NCBI GenBank assembly: GCA_027623355.1
Contig: JAQBWB010000001.1
Coordinates: 1-36,984, forward strand
DNA from: Nanobdellota archaeon
Lineage (GTDB): Archaea; Nanobdellota; Nanobdellia; Woesearchaeales; JACPBV01
Length of the DNA stretch: 36,984 nucleotides
Direction of reading: 5' to 3'
The translations under genes and the position numbers were made by a program. How positions within the stretch are numbered: position 1 is the first letter of the stretch; every line of letters begins with the position of its first letter. The notes beneath the pieces were generated by a model, which had not been told where the DNA came from, made no database searches, and saw only the letters and a list, made by a program, of their open reading frames with translations. Below, piece after piece: positions 34,906 to 36,984 of the stretch.

Positions 34906-35479
34906 CGCTTCAGTAATGAAGTTTGGATTTTTTACATTAGCATCAAATAGAACTTCTCCCGTTTATATTGATATTAGAATTTTACCTTCATCTCCAAAGC
35001 CGTTTGATACGGTTGTGGATGCACTTGTTAAGAAAGTCAAGTCACTAGGAGTTGATGTTGTTGCTGGTTGTGAAACTGCTGGAATTGCAATTGCGGCTGC
35101 GATTGCAATAAAGGCTAAGATGCCAATGATTTATGTTCGTAAGCGTGCTAAAGGGTATGGGACGAACAGTATGATTGAGGGTGTCTTAGAGAAGGGCCAG
35201 AAAGTGGTGCTGATTGATGATATGATTACTAATGGTAAGTCTAAAATCGGCTTTGTTGAGGGTGTACGCAAGGAAGGTGCTATCGTAACAGATTGTTTAG
35301 TTATTCTTGATAGAGAGCAGGGCGGAACTGAAACGTTAGCTGAGGTTGACTTGAAGCTGCATTCACTTATTACACTTAATGAGGTTCTAGAGTTTATGAA
35401 AGAGTCTGGTGGTGTGGATGAGGACAATTACAACATCACTAAGAAGTATTTATCGAACCCTGAACAGTGGAGTAATTAG
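34874..35479 (+). CDS. pyrE: Orotate phosphoribosyltransferase
   Basis: PRPP-binding motif VVLIDDMITNGKS and YVRKRAKGYG. 201 aa. Confidence 0.9.
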   Translation: MSKKIAQALNDASVMKFGFFTLASNRTSPVYIDIRILPSSPKPFDTVVDALVKKVKSLGVDVVAGCETAGIAIAAAIAIKAKMPMIYVRKRAKGYGTNSMIEGVLEKGQKVVLIDDMITNGKSKIGFVEGVRKEGAIVTDCLVILDREQGGTETLAEVDLKLHSLITLNEVLEFMKESGGVDEDNYNITKKYLSNPEQWSN

Positions 35480-35553
35480 TATGGTAAGGGAAGATAATTG
35501 AGACAGAGAGAATGGGGTTCTCCTTCTTTAGTTTCAGGGGTTCTTAATGCTGT

Positions 35554-35575
35554 GAGAATTCCAATTGGAATTCTC
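35554..35575. repeat. Perfect 22-bp palindrome gagaattccaattggaattctc
   Basis: The sequence is its own exact reverse complement (11+11, no spacer). It lies in the 330-nt gap between the convergent pyrE and MscS genes. Confidence 0.9.
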
Positions 35576-35809
35576 TTTGATTCTAGCCTACTGTTGAGCA
35601 TATTGCCCTGAAGGTTTGGATCGTCTCCCTTCTCTTCTAAGAATTTTGTCAGATTAGTATCCTCCATCGCAATAAGGACATACTTTCCGCTCTGATACTG
35701 CTCTACTATACTATCTGCTAATTGTTCCAGAGTTCCCTTTTTAGGAAACAGGGGGAGTGGTTCGGATTGCTTCTTCCATTTAATTTTGAATACAGAACCA
35801 GTTAAAAGT

Positions 35810-36871
35810 TTACTTCTTTTTCACAGGATCTAGATGTACGTCTACCTGCGGGAAGGGGATTTTTATTTTGTTTTTATTCAATGTATCGTAAATTTTGCAA
35901 TTGAGATCTTCTTTTGTTGAGAATCTGTCCTTATAGGATGTTATCCATACGTAGGCTTTGAAATTTAGGGATGACTCTGCCATTTCTAGGAACATGACTT
36001 TGGGTTCGTTTTCTTTGTCTAGGTTTTTTAGTTTGCTTATTTTTTCTAGTACTATCTTCTTTATTTTATTGATGTTGTTTCCGTAGGCAACTGAAAACGG
36101 GATGATGATTCTTGCTTTTGGGTTTGGTAGAACATAATTAAGGATGACTTCGTTTGCTAGCTCTCCATTGGGGATGATTTTTACTTCGTTGTCCCATGTT
36201 CTTATTCTTGTGGCTCGTAAGCCTATGTCTATTACTTCTCCGTAGGTATCGGTTCCAATTTTGATTACGTCTCCTACACGCACGCTTCGATCTGCAATGA
36301 TGGAGATTCCTCCGAAGATGTTTCCAAGTGTTTTTTGTAGTCCGAAGGCGATTGCTACTCCTAGGACTCCTATGGATGCTAATAATGGACCTACTTCGAC
36401 GCCCCAGATTTGTAGGATGAACATGCCTGCTACAATAATTGTGATGAAGCGACTTGCTTTGTGGCCTAGACTGAGGATTTGATCGTCTGCTTTAGAATCG
36501 GTTGCTGCCGTTAATCTTTTGCCCCAGTGTTCGATAACAAGGTCTAGAAAAATTACGATGATGAAGGAGGTGATGATTACGGTAATTGAGGAGAATGTTT
36601 TTTGTAGCCCGGAGGTTATTGCTGGAGCAAGTTTTAGTGGTAGAATTGCTAGTTTTGTTCCGAAGAAAAGGATGAGAAGTGCTACTGGGACTTCTGACTG
36701 CTTGATTAACTTATCATCAAACGTGGTTTTTGTTTTTGCTGCTAATTTTGAAAGATACTTTGTGAAGATTTTGTATGCAATTTTTGCTATAACGAAAAAG
36801 ATGACTAATGTGGCTAGAGCTACAAGATATTTATTTGAAAGAATACTTTGTGCTACTGCGTTTAGAGGCAT
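35810..36871 (-). CDS. Small-conductance mechanosensitive channel (MscS family)
   Basis: The N-terminal region is hydrophobic. The pore helix plus beta domain follow (GVAIAFGLQKTLGNIFGGISIIADRSVRVGDVIKIG...GEVIDIGLRATRIRTWDN). 353 aa. Confidence 0.9.
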   Translation of the reverse strand: MPLNAVAQSILSNKYLVALATLVIFFVIAKIAYKIFTKYLSKLAAKTKTTFDDKLIKQSEVPVALLILFFGTKLAILPLKLAPAITSGLQKTFSSITVIITSFIIVIFLDLVIEHWGKRLTAATDSKADDQILSLGHKASRFITIIVAGMFILQIWGVEVGPLLASIGVLGVAIAFGLQKTLGNIFGGISIIADRSVRVGDVIKIGTDTYGEVIDIGLRATRIRTWDNEVKIIPNGELANEVILNYVLPNPKARIIIPFSVAYGNNINKIKKIVLEKISKLKNLDKENEPKVMFLEMAESSLNFKAYVWITSYKDRFSTKEDLNCKIYDTLNKNKIKIPFPQVDVHLDPVKKK

Positions 36872-36893
36872 ACCTTCTTTGGATGACTGTTTG

Positions 36894-36901
36894 TTTAAAA
36901 A
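36894..36901 (-). promoter_or_regulatory. TATA box (tttttaaa on the - strand) for the leaderless MscS gene
   Basis: Lies 22 nt upstream of ATG 36871. It ends 14 nt from the left end of MITE copy E. Confidence 0.5.
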
Positions 36902-36915
36902 TGTTCCTAAGAAGT

Positions 36916-36984
36916 GTATGTGAATAGCATAGTCACTAGCGTTCGTAGGCTGCTAAAGCAACCATCTTCGAAATTCCTGAGATT
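36916..36984 (+). mobile_element. MITE-like element, copy E (5' 69 nt only, truncated by window end)
   Basis: gtatgtgaatagcatagtcactagcgttcgtaggctgctaaagcaaccatcttcgaaattcctgagatt matches the left part of copy B, including the cctgagatt subfamily signature. Confidence 0.85.

Noticed and set aside
35476-35667. 63-aa minus-strand ORF downstream of the MscS gene
   Set aside because: It has no TATA at the expected spacing, no SD and no recognisable motif, and it overlaps the pyrE stop. The open frame continues upstream without any start codon. It was kept only as a remote possibility.

Overview
AT-rich archaeal chromosomal fragment carrying housekeeping genes and no obvious defence or virulence cargo. 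It holds a complete A1AO ATP synthase operon (atpHIKECFABD), gyrB, proS, apt-mtnP, proBA, purM, pyrBI-pyrC-pyrE, ribosomal protein S3Ae and tRNA-Gln(CUG). It also encodes two AbrB-PhoU regulators, an MscS channel and a membrane-anchored lipase-like surface protein. Lineage cannot be assigned from the sequence alone. First genes are almost all leaderless, with a TATA octamer 21-24 nt before the ATG. Internal operon genes use ATGA/TAATG overlaps or GAGGTG-type Shine-Dalgarno (SD) sites. Main points of interest: (1) atpK encodes a 1109-aa proteolipid of 13 covalently fused hairpins, predicted to form a monomeric c-ring. Twelve hairpins keep the Q...PET ion-site motif and the first has lost it. 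(2) A ~168-nt MITE (miniature inverted-repeat transposable element) with 15-bp terminal inverted repeats (TIRs) and perfect 8-bp target-site duplications (TSDs) occurs five times, always on the + strand. Each visible end lies 13-16 nt from a TATA or TATA-like box. (3) Two TIR-less relatives of this element fill the atpC-atpF and atpB-atpD junctions. They keep three nested helices through compensatory changes and are also open reading frames slotted exactly between the flanking cistrons. (4) gyrB carries a 313-aa HNH-type intein in the TOPRIM EGDSAGG/S motif. (5) purM is fused to an N-terminal winged-helix domain. (6) Clusters of SD-preceded micro-ORFs lie next to the MITE copies. The window begins and ends inside MITE copies, probably assembly breakpoints.
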